From Acidobacteriota bacterium (GTDB lineage: Bacteria; Acidobacteriota; Vicinamibacteria; Marinacidobacterales; Marinacidobacteraceae): DNA of 64,000 bases. The stretch lies in NCBI GenBank assembly GCA_022826195.1, contig JAJDVI010000076.1, forward strand, positions 85,971 to 149,970. The letters are read 5' to 3'. A program made the translations under genes and the position numbers. Each line of letters begins with the position of its first letter. The first letter of the stretch is position 1. This document shows positions 28,914 to 38,012 of this stretch, piece by piece. The notes under the pieces were generated by a model. That model was not told where the DNA came from, searched no databases, and saw only the letters and a program-made list of their open reading frames with translations.

Positions 28914-30445
28914 CCGACTACCGGACGATCCTCGCCGCCTTCCGCTCCTGGCGGACGCTCTCGGTCACGCTCCTCTCCTTCTCGTCGGGAATCCCTCTCG
29001 GCCTCGTCTGGTTCGCCATCCCGGACTGGATGCGGGACATCGGAGTGGATATCCGCATCGTCGGGCTCTTCAACCTGGCGCAGATCCCCTGGGCGTTCAA
29101 GATCCTCTGGTCGCCCTTCATGGACCGCTACGTCCCCGGTTTCTGGGGACGGCGGCGCGGCTGGATGGCGGTCACCCAGGTGGCGCTCCTGGCGCTCTGC
29201 ATCCTGCTCGGGGGCGCCGGGGACCACCCGGACGCCATCTGGGTGGTGGCCGCGCTGGCGCTCGCGGTCGCGATCGCGTCGGCCTCGCAGGACATCGTGG
29301 TGGACGCCTACGCGGTCGAGGTGCTGCGTCCCGAGGAGCACGGGGTGGCGGTGGGCGCGCGGGTGGCGCTCTACCGGGCGGCCATGGTGGTCGCGGGGGG
29401 CGGCGCGATCAGCGCCGCGGCCCTGTTCGGCTGGGGCGTGGTGAACGCGCTGCTGGGGCTGCTCTTCCTGCCGATGCTGCTCGTGACCTGGCGCGCCCCG
29501 GAGCCGGAGGAGCGCTTCGAGCCGCCCCGCACGCTGCGGGACGCCGTCTGGAAACCCTTCCTCGAGGCGCTGTCCCGGCCCCGGGCCTTCGAGATCTTCG
29601 CGTTCGTCTTCTTCTACAAGTTCGCGGACAACCTGGCGCAGTCGCTGACCCGGCCCTTCCTGATCGACATGGGCTACGGGGCCGGACATCGGGGGATCGC
29701 GCTCGCCACCGTGGGAGCGGTGGTGACCATCGTCGGCACCTTCGCGGGTGGGCTCTTCACCACCCTCGCCGGACTCGGGCCGGCGCTCTGGGCTTTCGGA
29801 GTGCTCCAGATCTTCTCGAACCTCGGCTACTTCTTCGTCGCGGGCGCCGAGGGGAGCCTGGCGTGGATGTACGGCGCCTCCGCCTTCGAACTGTTCACCG
29901 GCGGACTCGGGACCGGAGCGTTCTCGGTCCTCCTGCTGCGGATCACCGAGAAGCGCTTCTCCGCGACGCAGTACGCGCTCTTCTCCGGACTCTTCGCCCT
30001 GCCGCGCCTGCTCGCGGGTCCGTTCAGCGGCTTCGCGGTGGACGCCCTCGGTTGGCGGACGTTCTTCCTGTCCACCATGGCGATGGGGATTCCCGGACTG
30101 ATCCTCCTCCATCGCTTCTCGCCCCTGGGGGTCCGGGATCCCAGGATTCGACTCGGGGCAGGGGAAGAGCCGGAGGCGCCGTCGCTCTCCACCGGACTCG
30201 CCGGCCGTTTCGGCGTGTCCGCGCTTCTCGGTGGCGGGACGGTGTTCGCCTTTGCCGTCCTGCTGGGGGCGCTGAAGGCCGCGCGCCTCGATCCCGAGGC
30301 CGGCTTCTCCCTCATGGCGGGGCTCCGGCCGATCGTGAACCCGGCGTCCTTCGAGGACTGGGTTCAGGTGGGAGGAATCCTGGTGCTGGGGTTGATCTCG
30401 GGCCTCTTCGGCGCCGCCTTCGCGGCCGCCAGGCGACGCACCTAG
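28910..30445 (+). CDS. ampG: AmpG-like muropeptide MFS permease
   Basis: FSSGIPLGL, KILWSPFMDRY, RRRGW, SASQDIVVDAYAVE, ATQYALFS. Confidence 0.85.
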   Translation: MTDYRTILAAFRSWRTLSVTLLSFSSGIPLGLVWFAIPDWMRDIGVDIRIVGLFNLAQIPWAFKILWSPFMDRYVPGFWGRRRGWMAVTQVALLALCILLGGAGDHPDAIWVVAALALAVAIASASQDIVVDAYAVEVLRPEEHGVAVGARVALYRAAMVVAGGGAISAAALFGWGVVNALLGLLFLPMLLVTWRAPEPEERFEPPRTLRDAVWKPFLEALSRPRAFEIFAFVFFYKFADNLAQSLTRPFLIDMGYGAGHRGIALATVGAVVTIVGTFAGGLFTTLAGLGPALWAFGVLQIFSNLGYFFVAGAEGSLAWMYGASAFELFTGGLGTGAFSVLLLRITEKRFSATQYALFSGLFALPRLLAGPFSGFAVDALGWRTFFLSTMAMGIPGLILLHRFSPLGVRDPRIRLGAGEEPEAPSLSTGLAGRFGVSALLGGGTVFAFAVLLGALKAARLDPEAGFSLMAGLRPIVNPASFEDWVQVGGILVLGLISGLFGAAFAAARRRT

Positions 30446-30494
30446 CTCCCCGCGCCACCGTGCCGCCAAAAGCGGCAGGCTAGATTCCCGGTAC

Positions 30495-32681
30495 ATGCAT
30501 CGGGCGCGTCTGGCGGTAGCGGTCCTCCTTGTCCTGAGTTGCGCCGCGTCCGCGTCCGCCTTCACCGGCAGGGTGGTCCTCGAAAGCGGCGAGCCGGCGC
30601 CCGGAGCGATCGTCCAGATTCTCGGGCACCCCGGGTCCGCGGTGACCGACAGCGAGGGCCGCTTCGAGTGGCTGCCCGACCCGGCGCCCCCGTTCCACGT
30701 GCTGGTCGTGCTTCCCGGAGACCGGTACACCACGCCCGTCTTCGTCGAGTCCTTCGACGCGGAAGAACTGCAGATCCGGGTGGAGGCCCTGGCCCTTCAC
30801 GAGAGCGTCACGATCACCAGCGGCGCGGTGCCGCACACGGAAGCGACGCCGGGAAACGCTCCGGCCGTCATCTCCGGGGAGGCGATTCGTGTGCGGCAGG
30901 CGCCACGGCTCACCGATGTGCTCGAAGCGGTGCCCGGAGGAAGCCGCGGCAGCGACCTGCACGCGGGCGTTCCCTCGATCCGCGGCCTCTCGCGCGGAAG
31001 AACGGTGCTCCTTCTCGACGGAGCCCGGGTTACCTCGGAACGGCGGGCCGGCGCCAGCGCGTCCTTCCTGGATCCGTTCTTCCTCGAGACCGTGGAGGTG
31101 GTGCGCGGTCCCTCCTCGGTGTCGTACGGCTCCGACGCGTTCGGCGGAGTCATCCACGCCCGCACCCGCCGGCCGATACCCGGCGGTCCCGTCGGAGCGC
31201 GGGCCCGCGGAACCCTGGGAGCCGGTCTTCCGGAGGCCAGTTTCGGGGCGGAAGTCCAGGGGTCCGCTCTGGGCACCGGATTCCTGGCCCAGGCGCGGCG
31301 ACGGGTCTTCGCCGACTATTCGAGTCCCGAGGGGACGGTCGAAGGCTCGGGCGCCGAGGACTACGGGGTGCTGCTCCGGGCCGCGAGAGGCCTCGGCGGG
31401 GGATACCTGGGAGTGGCCCTGCAATACGACGCCGGACGGAACGTCGGACGGCCGCGACGGTCTCCGGCCACTACGTCCTATCCCGATGAAGACTCCCTCC
31501 GGCTGGTCACCGACTACCAGTTCGCGCCCCGCTGGGGATTCGCGCGGCTGGACACCACTGCCTTTGTCGGGGCGCATCGACTGGTGACCCGGCGGGAGGC
31601 GACCGGCGAAACGGCCGACTCCGAGGTTGCCGCGCACGACTTCATGTTGCGCGGGCGCGGCATCCGGCCGTTCGGCGATGGCCGCCTCGAACTGGGAACC
31701 GAGTTCCTCAGCCGGTTCGGGATCTACTCGGAGACCCGGGGCGGACCGGACAATCCGGTCCTGATGGCCACGGCGCGCCGCTCGGGGCTGGATGGCGCCC
31801 TGCGCCGGGAAGCGTCGTTCTACGGCCACGCCGAGACCCCACTGGCCCCACGGCTTGCCGGGAGCGCCGGAGCCCGCGTTTCCGCGGTGGCGACGCAGTC
31901 GGGGCTGGTGGTCGATCGCCGGGAACGTCAAACCACCAGTCACGGCGCGCTGAGCGGGTTTCTCGCGCTGCGCGCCGACCTGTGGCGCGGGGTGGCCCTT
32001 ACCGGCCAGCTCTCGCGGGGCTTCCGCGACCCGACGCTTTCCGACCGCTACTACGCCGGCCTGAGCGGGCGCGGGATCGTGTTCGGGAATCCCGATCTGG
32101 ATCCCGAACGGTCGCTCCAGTCAGACCTCTCGCTTCGCTACGACGGCGATGGGGTCCACGGCGGCCTCTACGCCTATCGCTACCGGATCTCCGACCTCAT
32201 CGAGCGCCATGAGGAAGGAGCAGACCTGTACTTCTTCAGGAACCGGGGAGAGGCGATCCTTTCCGGCCTCGAGTTCGAGGTCCAGGTCGGAACCCCGAAC
32301 GCCCCGTTCCTGCTGGACCTTTCGGCCGGTCTCACGCACGGCGTGGCCGACGGCGGCGCCGCTCTCGACGGGGTGCCTCCCGCCAACTTCCGCGCGGGCC
32401 TGCGCCGCCGCCTGCCGGCGCAGAGCTTTGCCGAGGTCGTACTGCTGGCCTTCGCCGCGGACCGCGACCCCGGACCGACCGAAGCCGCGATGGACGCCTA
32501 CGCGCGGCTCGATGCCGCTCTCGGGTTCCCCCTGAGCGGCGGCGCGGAACTGCGCTTCTCCGGCCGCAACCTCCTGAACGCCGCGTACCCGATCAGCGCC
32601 GACTCCCGCGCCGTCCTGGCTCCGGGGAGGAGTCTGGTCGGCACCATCGTCTGGAACCTGGGGACGTCGTCGGGGCCGTAG
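30495..32681 (+). CDS. TonB-dependent outer-membrane receptor
   Basis: Signal peptide; carboxypeptidase-like N-domain; SIRGL, VEVVRGPSS..YGSDAFGGVI plug; NPDLDPERS; GRNLLN. Confidence 0.9.
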   Translation: MHRARLAVAVLLVLSCAASASAFTGRVVLESGEPAPGAIVQILGHPGSAVTDSEGRFEWLPDPAPPFHVLVVLPGDRYTTPVFVESFDAEELQIRVEALALHESVTITSGAVPHTEATPGNAPAVISGEAIRVRQAPRLTDVLEAVPGGSRGSDLHAGVPSIRGLSRGRTVLLLDGARVTSERRAGASASFLDPFFLETVEVVRGPSSVSYGSDAFGGVIHARTRRPIPGGPVGARARGTLGAGLPEASFGAEVQGSALGTGFLAQARRRVFADYSSPEGTVEGSGAEDYGVLLRAARGLGGGYLGVALQYDAGRNVGRPRRSPATTSYPDEDSLRLVTDYQFAPRWGFARLDTTAFVGAHRLVTRREATGETADSEVAAHDFMLRGRGIRPFGDGRLELGTEFLSRFGIYSETRGGPDNPVLMATARRSGLDGALRREASFYGHAETPLAPRLAGSAGARVSAVATQSGLVVDRRERQTTSHGALSGFLALRADLWRGVALTGQLSRGFRDPTLSDRYYAGLSGRGIVFGNPDLDPERSLQSDLSLRYDGDGVHGGLYAYRYRISDLIERHEEGADLYFFRNRGEAILSGLEFEVQVGTPNAPFLLDLSAGLTHGVADGGAALDGVPPANFRAGLRRRLPAQSFAEVVLLAFAADRDPGPTEAAMDAYARLDAALGFPLSGGAELRFSGRNLLNAAYPISADSRAVLAPGRSLVGTIVWNLGTSSGP

Positions 32682-33244
32682 CGGGCTGGAGCTACGGTGG
32701 CGGCCCCTTCGCCGCTGGCGGACCGCCGGCGGCTTGCGGCAACAGGGTGGCGCCGGGAGGTTTCCGGCCTCGCGGTTCCACCCGATCGGGCATGGGCGGG
32801 CAAGGGACACGGATGTCCCGGCAGTGTGGACTCGTTGTCCTGTCCGGGGGTCGCCACCCTGCGGCAGTGGCGCATGACCGCGGGACGCTGTAGTCCGAGG
32901 TGACACTTTCTGGAACATGCGGTGACGCGCAAACGTAACCGCAACCAGACTTCCTGCGCCAAACATTGGCCAAAACCGCGACAACTACGGATCGCCGCGT
33001 TGTCGTGGAGATCCCGGTGTTCCTGACACTCGTACGTGACCGATGGTCATTACTGTCGTTACAGTCAGATTTCATGGACATTCTGCGGTTTGGGACTGTG
33101 TGAACCGGCGTCCCGCTGTGAAACAATGCAAGTACGTCGTACGCAGGAAGAAATCATCTTTGTCCGCATGCGGGATGCGGTCGTTCCATGGGATATGTGA
33201 CAGGTGGGATTGACACATGTTTACGTTGAGATGAGGAAGGGACC

Positions 33245-34942
33245 ATGAATCTCACAGTTTCCGAGTTGGCGGTCGCCGTAGGCAAACAGGAAAACTACGT
33301 TCGTCAACACATACACCGGCGCCACCTGGCGGTTCGACGACAGGGCCGCAGTGTTTCGGTTCCGCTTGACGAGGCGGTGAAGTGGGCGGGAACACGGGGG
33401 CTTCCGTTTGTTCCGCCCAAGCGCATCAGCTTGACGTTCCTCGATCAGGGGGAAAGGATCGGACGGCTTACCGTCCTCGCTTGGCGCCCACCAGGCCGGG
33501 TGGCGCGAAACCTGTTCACCCTGATGCGTCATCGGAAGCGCGAGGCCCTCGGACCGTGGTCCAGCGAACCCGATGCAACGTGGACGCTGGAGGAGCTCGG
33601 CGACGACCTGAGCCTCCTGTCCTTCAACGCTTCGTACGAGGAATGCCGCAAACGCGTCGACAGCATCCTCGCGTCGGGGGTACTGGAGGCCAACGGACAG
33701 GAAGTTCATTACGCCCTCGAAGACAACCCGAGGAACCACTGGGCCTACCGCGACTACCGGCGCCGGTCGGAGATGTCCATACGCAGCCCGTTCTCCATGC
33801 ACAGCGCCGCGATTACCGAATACTGGAGTTTCGAGGACGAACCGCACAAACGATGGTTGTCGCTGTCGGATCCGCTTGCCGGACGATGGCGCGGGGCGCT
33901 TCGCCGGCTTGGCTTTCCGCTCGACCGATGTCCGGAGCGGGTCGGCAACCTCCTTGTCGCTGCCGCCGAAGACGCGATCACGTGTCGACTCAGCGCACAT
34001 CACGACCGGACCCTTCGGCTTCATGTCGAAGCGAAGGGACTCCTCCCCGAGACGTATCGCGCGACCGTGTGGGCAAGTCACAGCGGCGACGAAGTGCTCC
34101 GCAGGGAAGTGCCCGTCATTCCCGGACAGACGACGATCGAGCTGGTCTCCGAGGTGGACCGCACCGGCTTCGCCGTCTGCCGCGACTTCGACGGGCAGTA
34201 CGTGGACCTGGTGGAGAACCTTCCCGGGTTGGAGGCGGTCTCCCCGGGCCAGCGGGACGACGATCCGCTGCGACGGGGTCCGGACCCCATCGCCCGCGTT
34301 CCACAGCGGGTCCATCCGTCCCGCCCGGCCGCCGCCGGCTCGGGACGCTTTGGACCGACCGCCCGGCTCGATCGGGGTATCCGGCAGCAGTGGCTCCACC
34401 GGGTGGCGCGGCAGCGGGAGGCCGGCGCCCGCCGGGACGCCAACCTGGTGCGCTTCGGCCCCGGACGGTTCGCGGAGGCGGCGCGGCATTTCCTCGATCT
34501 CTTTTCGCACGAGGCCGACCGCCCGGGGCCGATCTATCTTGCCGATCCGTGCTTTGTCGGTCACACGATGGCGGATCCGGTAGCCCAGCTCTTTGTGGAC
34601 ATATGTACAGCGATTCGGGGCAAGCCTCTGCGGATTCTGTGCGCGGAGCGCGAACCGGGCGACGCTCCGGCCTGGTGGAGCCGCTACCTGCGAAAGATCC
34701 AGGCCGACGTGACCGTGCGGACTTTCGTGAATCGATCGGACGAGCGGGGGTGCTTTCACGACCGTTACCTGATCACTCCCGCACGCGAGGTCCTGATGAC
34801 GAATTCGTTCAACGGATGGAATCGGTTCGGCGTGACCTTCGTGAGTCTTCCCTACGGGGTCTACCGCGCGGAAGCGGAGCAGTTGTGGGCCCTGGATCGG
34901 GACACGCCCGCCTCGGACGTGCTCGTCCGCGAGATCTCCTGA
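33245..34942 (+). CDS. N-terminal HTH + C-terminal variant PLD-like (DP..HDR..NS) domain; putative nuclease
   Basis: LTVSELAVAVGKQENYVRQHI winged-HTH-like start; IYLADPCF, FHDRYLI, MTNSFNG; GAGG SD; more A/T-ending codons. Confidence 0.6.
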   Translation: MNLTVSELAVAVGKQENYVRQHIHRRHLAVRRQGRSVSVPLDEAVKWAGTRGLPFVPPKRISLTFLDQGERIGRLTVLAWRPPGRVARNLFTLMRHRKREALGPWSSEPDATWTLEELGDDLSLLSFNASYEECRKRVDSILASGVLEANGQEVHYALEDNPRNHWAYRDYRRRSEMSIRSPFSMHSAAITEYWSFEDEPHKRWLSLSDPLAGRWRGALRRLGFPLDRCPERVGNLLVAAAEDAITCRLSAHHDRTLRLHVEAKGLLPETYRATVWASHSGDEVLRREVPVIPGQTTIELVSEVDRTGFAVCRDFDGQYVDLVENLPGLEAVSPGQRDDDPLRRGPDPIARVPQRVHPSRPAAAGSGRFGPTARLDRGIRQQWLHRVARQREAGARRDANLVRFGPGRFAEAARHFLDLFSHEADRPGPIYLADPCFVGHTMADPVAQLFVDICTAIRGKPLRILCAEREPGDAPAWWSRYLRKIQADVTVRTFVNRSDERGCFHDRYLITPAREVLMTNSFNGWNRFGVTFVSLPYGVYRAEAEQLWALDRDTPASDVLVREIS

Positions 34943-37083
34943 TGCCGGCGAAACCGGGCGGCGATGTCTCCCTGTCACCCGAGGCCCGCGAGACCGTCTG
35001 GCGGATCTTCGGCGCCGGAGCGGCGCCGGGGGCGAGGGTGTCGGTCTTCGACAACATCGAACCGATGATCCGCAGGCACGTGGCGCCGGCCGACCAGGAC
35101 CGGGCGATCGCAACGATCGGCGACTGGTTCGAATCGGGCGCCCACGTCCGGTGGCTGAAGCCGGATCGCGCCGAGCTGGTCGCCGATCTGGTGATCGAGG
35201 GGGTCGGTCCCCGGCGCTCCGAAGACGCGGTCTGGGCGATCGGATCGGTCGGGCTCGATCTGTCGGCGGCCAGGATCAAGCGGCGTTGGGCCGCGGGAGA
35301 GATCCGGACCCTGGTGGACGCGGCGGTGAACGCTCTGAACCGGGTCGAGGCTCGGGTGCGGCACGACGATCGGTCCACCGGTCTGGAGAACGCGGAGTCC
35401 ACCAGCTTCCGGGGAGCCGTATCCCGGGACGGGGTGGTGGCCGCATTCGCGCGGCTCGAAGAAGAAAGCCTCGAACTGGTGAATCAGGGACTCCATCCGA
35501 CGGTGGGCAATCTGATCGATCTCGCGGTGGAGCTTTCCCCGGGGCAGGCTCCCGGGCTTGTCTCGAGACTCGAGGCGCCGACCATGCAGGCCAGGGCGGC
35601 GCGGCGCCTGGCGGCCCGGACGCCGGCTCACGATCCGGGTGCGATCGCGGGATGGATCACGGAGCGGTCCGCCGAACCGGTCATCGCGCTGGCCATCGTG
35701 CATGTCCTGGGCGCGGCGCGGAAACTGGACGACGGTCGGGCCCCGCGGCGGGACCCTTCCGGCGCCCCCGCGGGGAAGCGGGATCCCGGCGAAGCGCTGG
35801 AACATCCCCCGGATGCGGTCGGGAACCCGGTTCTCCGACTCCTGGAGCGCCTGGCCGGCCTGGAACCGGCGGACTGCCTGCGGTGGATCGGCGAGCTGCT
35901 GAATCAGGCTTCGCGGGCCTGGTCGGTGCCGGGCGGTGGACAAAAGCCCGGGCTCCTGACCCGAATCGAGGACGAGAGCACGGCCTTGGCCGCGAGGCTC
36001 TTTTGCGAGTCCGAATCCGCGCACCTGCTCGCGCATTTCCAGTCGGGGCTGCTGCCCGGCCGGGGAAGGCACTGGGTCCGCCACCAGATGGCGATTGCCC
36101 GGGAAATCCGCGAATCCGCTCCGGCACGGGCGGAGGAACTCGCGCGGGCCACCCTCGATGAACATCGCCGACAGTTGGCGGAACAGCGAGACGGCCACTA
36201 CCTGGCGCCCGACTGGGCCTCCTGGACGGACCGGGAATGGCTCGAGGGCCTGGGAGCGGCCCTCGCCCTGGCGCGCAAGGACCTGGATCTGCGGGCCTGG
36301 GTCGCCGACGAGTGCCGGGACCTTCCGCTGAGCGTCTGGGACGCCGAGGAGGACCCCGAGGGGTTCGCGACGGCGGAGCAGATGGCCCAGCATTGGTTCC
36401 TGGTCGCGCTCCTCGCGATTCCGCAACGGCGCGAGTTCAGCCGGCCGCTCGAGCCTCCCGTGGTTCGCGCTCTCGCGGAGGCGGTCTGGGCTCACTGCAG
36501 GTTCTGCCGGCAGCACCTCCAGACGCATCCGGAAGCGTCGGTTGCCGCCGAGCTGGCGGCGCGCTACGCGATGCAGTACGGGCGAGGCAACGATCAGTGG
36601 CTGCTCGACCAGGCGCGGGGGGAAGGGGTGGGTCCCGGAGCCCTCCGGGTGTTGCTGGAACAGCGGCGATCCTCGAGTCAGCCGCTGGTCGAGGACGGTT
36701 CCGATCTCGACGACATGATCGTGGCGGAACTGGTGCGGATCGCGCTGGGCCGGTTTGACGATGGCGGCCAGTTCGACCTGGAGGCCCTTCGGGACTGGGG
36801 AAAGCTGTGGCTCTCGCTGGGCGCGGTGGACCAGGCAGAAAGGACGGCCCTGGCCATTGTCAGTTTCCCGTTGCGCTCCGCCGATCGGAAGGCGCGCATC
36901 CTGGCGCTCAAGCTGCTTGGATTGGTCGTCCGGCACCGCAAGCCGCGCCACGGCGTGGCGGAGTACGTGGTGCCGCTCTACAACCAGCTCTGGCCCGTCT
37001 TCGCCGTCACCCCGAACCGGGAAAGGAAAGACCGCGAGGAAATCGAAAAGGCCTTCGTCGGGTCGGACCTCATCCCCGGGTAG
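34942..37083 (+). CDS. Hypothetical 713-aa predicted helical protein
   Basis: TGATG coupling; protein-like composition; no recognisable motif. Confidence 0.7.
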   Translation: MPAKPGGDVSLSPEARETVWRIFGAGAAPGARVSVFDNIEPMIRRHVAPADQDRAIATIGDWFESGAHVRWLKPDRAELVADLVIEGVGPRRSEDAVWAIGSVGLDLSAARIKRRWAAGEIRTLVDAAVNALNRVEARVRHDDRSTGLENAESTSFRGAVSRDGVVAAFARLEEESLELVNQGLHPTVGNLIDLAVELSPGQAPGLVSRLEAPTMQARAARRLAARTPAHDPGAIAGWITERSAEPVIALAIVHVLGAARKLDDGRAPRRDPSGAPAGKRDPGEALEHPPDAVGNPVLRLLERLAGLEPADCLRWIGELLNQASRAWSVPGGGQKPGLLTRIEDESTALAARLFCESESAHLLAHFQSGLLPGRGRHWVRHQMAIAREIRESAPARAEELARATLDEHRRQLAEQRDGHYLAPDWASWTDREWLEGLGAALALARKDLDLRAWVADECRDLPLSVWDAEEDPEGFATAEQMAQHWFLVALLAIPQRREFSRPLEPPVVRALAEAVWAHCRFCRQHLQTHPEASVAAELAARYAMQYGRGNDQWLLDQARGEGVGPGALRVLLEQRRSSSQPLVEDGSDLDDMIVAELVRIALGRFDDGGQFDLEALRDWGKLWLSLGAVDQAERTALAIVSFPLRSADRKARILALKLLGLVVRHRKPRHGVAEYVVPLYNQLWPVFAVTPNRERKDREEIEKAFVGSDLIPG

Positions 37084-37168
37084 GGCCGGATCCGGCGTCC
37101 GGTCTACCGCGATCCGGGCAGGGAGATCCTCGACCCAAGCTCGTACCATGGCGCGGCGACAGGCGGAC

Positions 37169-37783
37169 ATGACGAAACCCGCGGACGAAGCGACCGGCCA
37201 CCGGGAACGCATGCGGACGCTCCAGTCGGAGGTCCGAAGGAAGCGCGCGGCGGCGAGTGATCCGGGCCGCGGGCTCGTGCTGGTCCATACCGGGGACGGG
37301 AAGGGCAAGTCCAGTTCCGCCTTCGGCGTGATCGCGCGCGGGCTCGGCTGGGGCTGGAGGGTCGCCGTGGTTCAGTTCATCAAGGGGGAGTGGAAGACCG
37401 GCGAGCGCCAGTTCTTCGAGCGCTTCCCGGACCAGGTCGTCTGGCGCGCCATGGGCGAAGGGTTCACCTGGGACACCCAGGACCGCGCCCGGGACGTCGA
37501 GGTGGCGTCCGGCGCGCTCGCCGCCGCTCGGGAGATGCTGTCGTCCGGAGACTTCGAACTCGTCGTCCTCGACGAGATCAACGTCGTGATGAGCTACGGC
37601 TACCTGGAAACGGGGGCGGTTCTGCAGGCGCTTCAGGCACGCGCGTCCTCGACGAACGTGATCCTGACGGGCCGCGGCGCCGGCGACGAAGTCATCGCCT
37701 ACGCCGATCTCGTCACCGAGATGCGCGAGGTGAAACACCCCTTCACCGCGGGGATCCGGGCCCAGCGCGGCATCGACTACTGA
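37169..37783 (+). CDS. cobO: Cob(I)yrinic acid a,c-diamide adenosyltransferase
   Basis: VHTGDGKGKSSSAFG, VQFIKG, GEGFTW, VLDEIN, LTGRGA, ADLVTEM..VKHPF, AQRGIDY. Confidence 0.95.
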   Translation: MTKPADEATGHRERMRTLQSEVRRKRAAASDPGRGLVLVHTGDGKGKSSSAFGVIARGLGWGWRVAVVQFIKGEWKTGERQFFERFPDQVVWRAMGEGFTWDTQDRARDVEVASGALAAAREMLSSGDFELVVLDEINVVMSYGYLETGAVLQALQARASSTNVILTGRGAGDEVIAYADLVTEMREVKHPFTAGIRAQRGIDY

Positions 37784-37792
37784 CACCCGGCC

Positions 37793-37932
37793 GGCTTGGA
37801 ACGCCGGTCTCCAGACCGGCACCGCGGCGCTCCGCGCCGCGCACCGCGCGACTCAACGCCGCCTCGCGGCGCCGCCGGCTTGGAACGCCGGCTTCAGCCG
37901 GCACAGCCCGCCGCAGGCGGGCGGCGGGACGG
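37793..37932 (+). repeat. Pair of REP-like elements
   Basis: Type A 37793-37843 and type B (GGCTTGGAACGCCGGCTTCAGCCGGCACAGCCCGCC) 37877-37932, matching 16116 and 16361. Confidence 0.85.
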
Positions 37933-38012
37933 ACCTCATGCGCCCGGACGGTCCGGACGCTCGCGACTCCGCCCTGCTGAGCGTCTAACCTTCAGGCAAC
38001 AAAGACAAAGAA

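Noticed and set aside
32700-32900. Cobalamin riboswitch (GCCACTG on minus strand near B12-related genes)
   Set aside because: The conserved GGGAA..CGGTG.AA.TCCG core is absent, and position/orientation is not upstream of the receptor or cobO
32692-33126. 144-aa Cys-rich ORF as a transposase fragment
   Set aside because: No DDE/HUH or zinc-ribbon spacing; composition looks non-coding
33382-34941. 520-codon in-frame extension of the 713-aa protein (overprinting or frameshift fusion)
   Set aside because: Arg/Gly/Pro-rich shadow frame typical of high GC3; no slippery site noticed; TGATG gives a natural start
33221-35113. 630-aa antisense ORF or internal inversion in the HTH-PLD gene
   Set aside because: The sense frame keeps high GC3 throughout; no flanking inverted repeats; antisense product has no motifs
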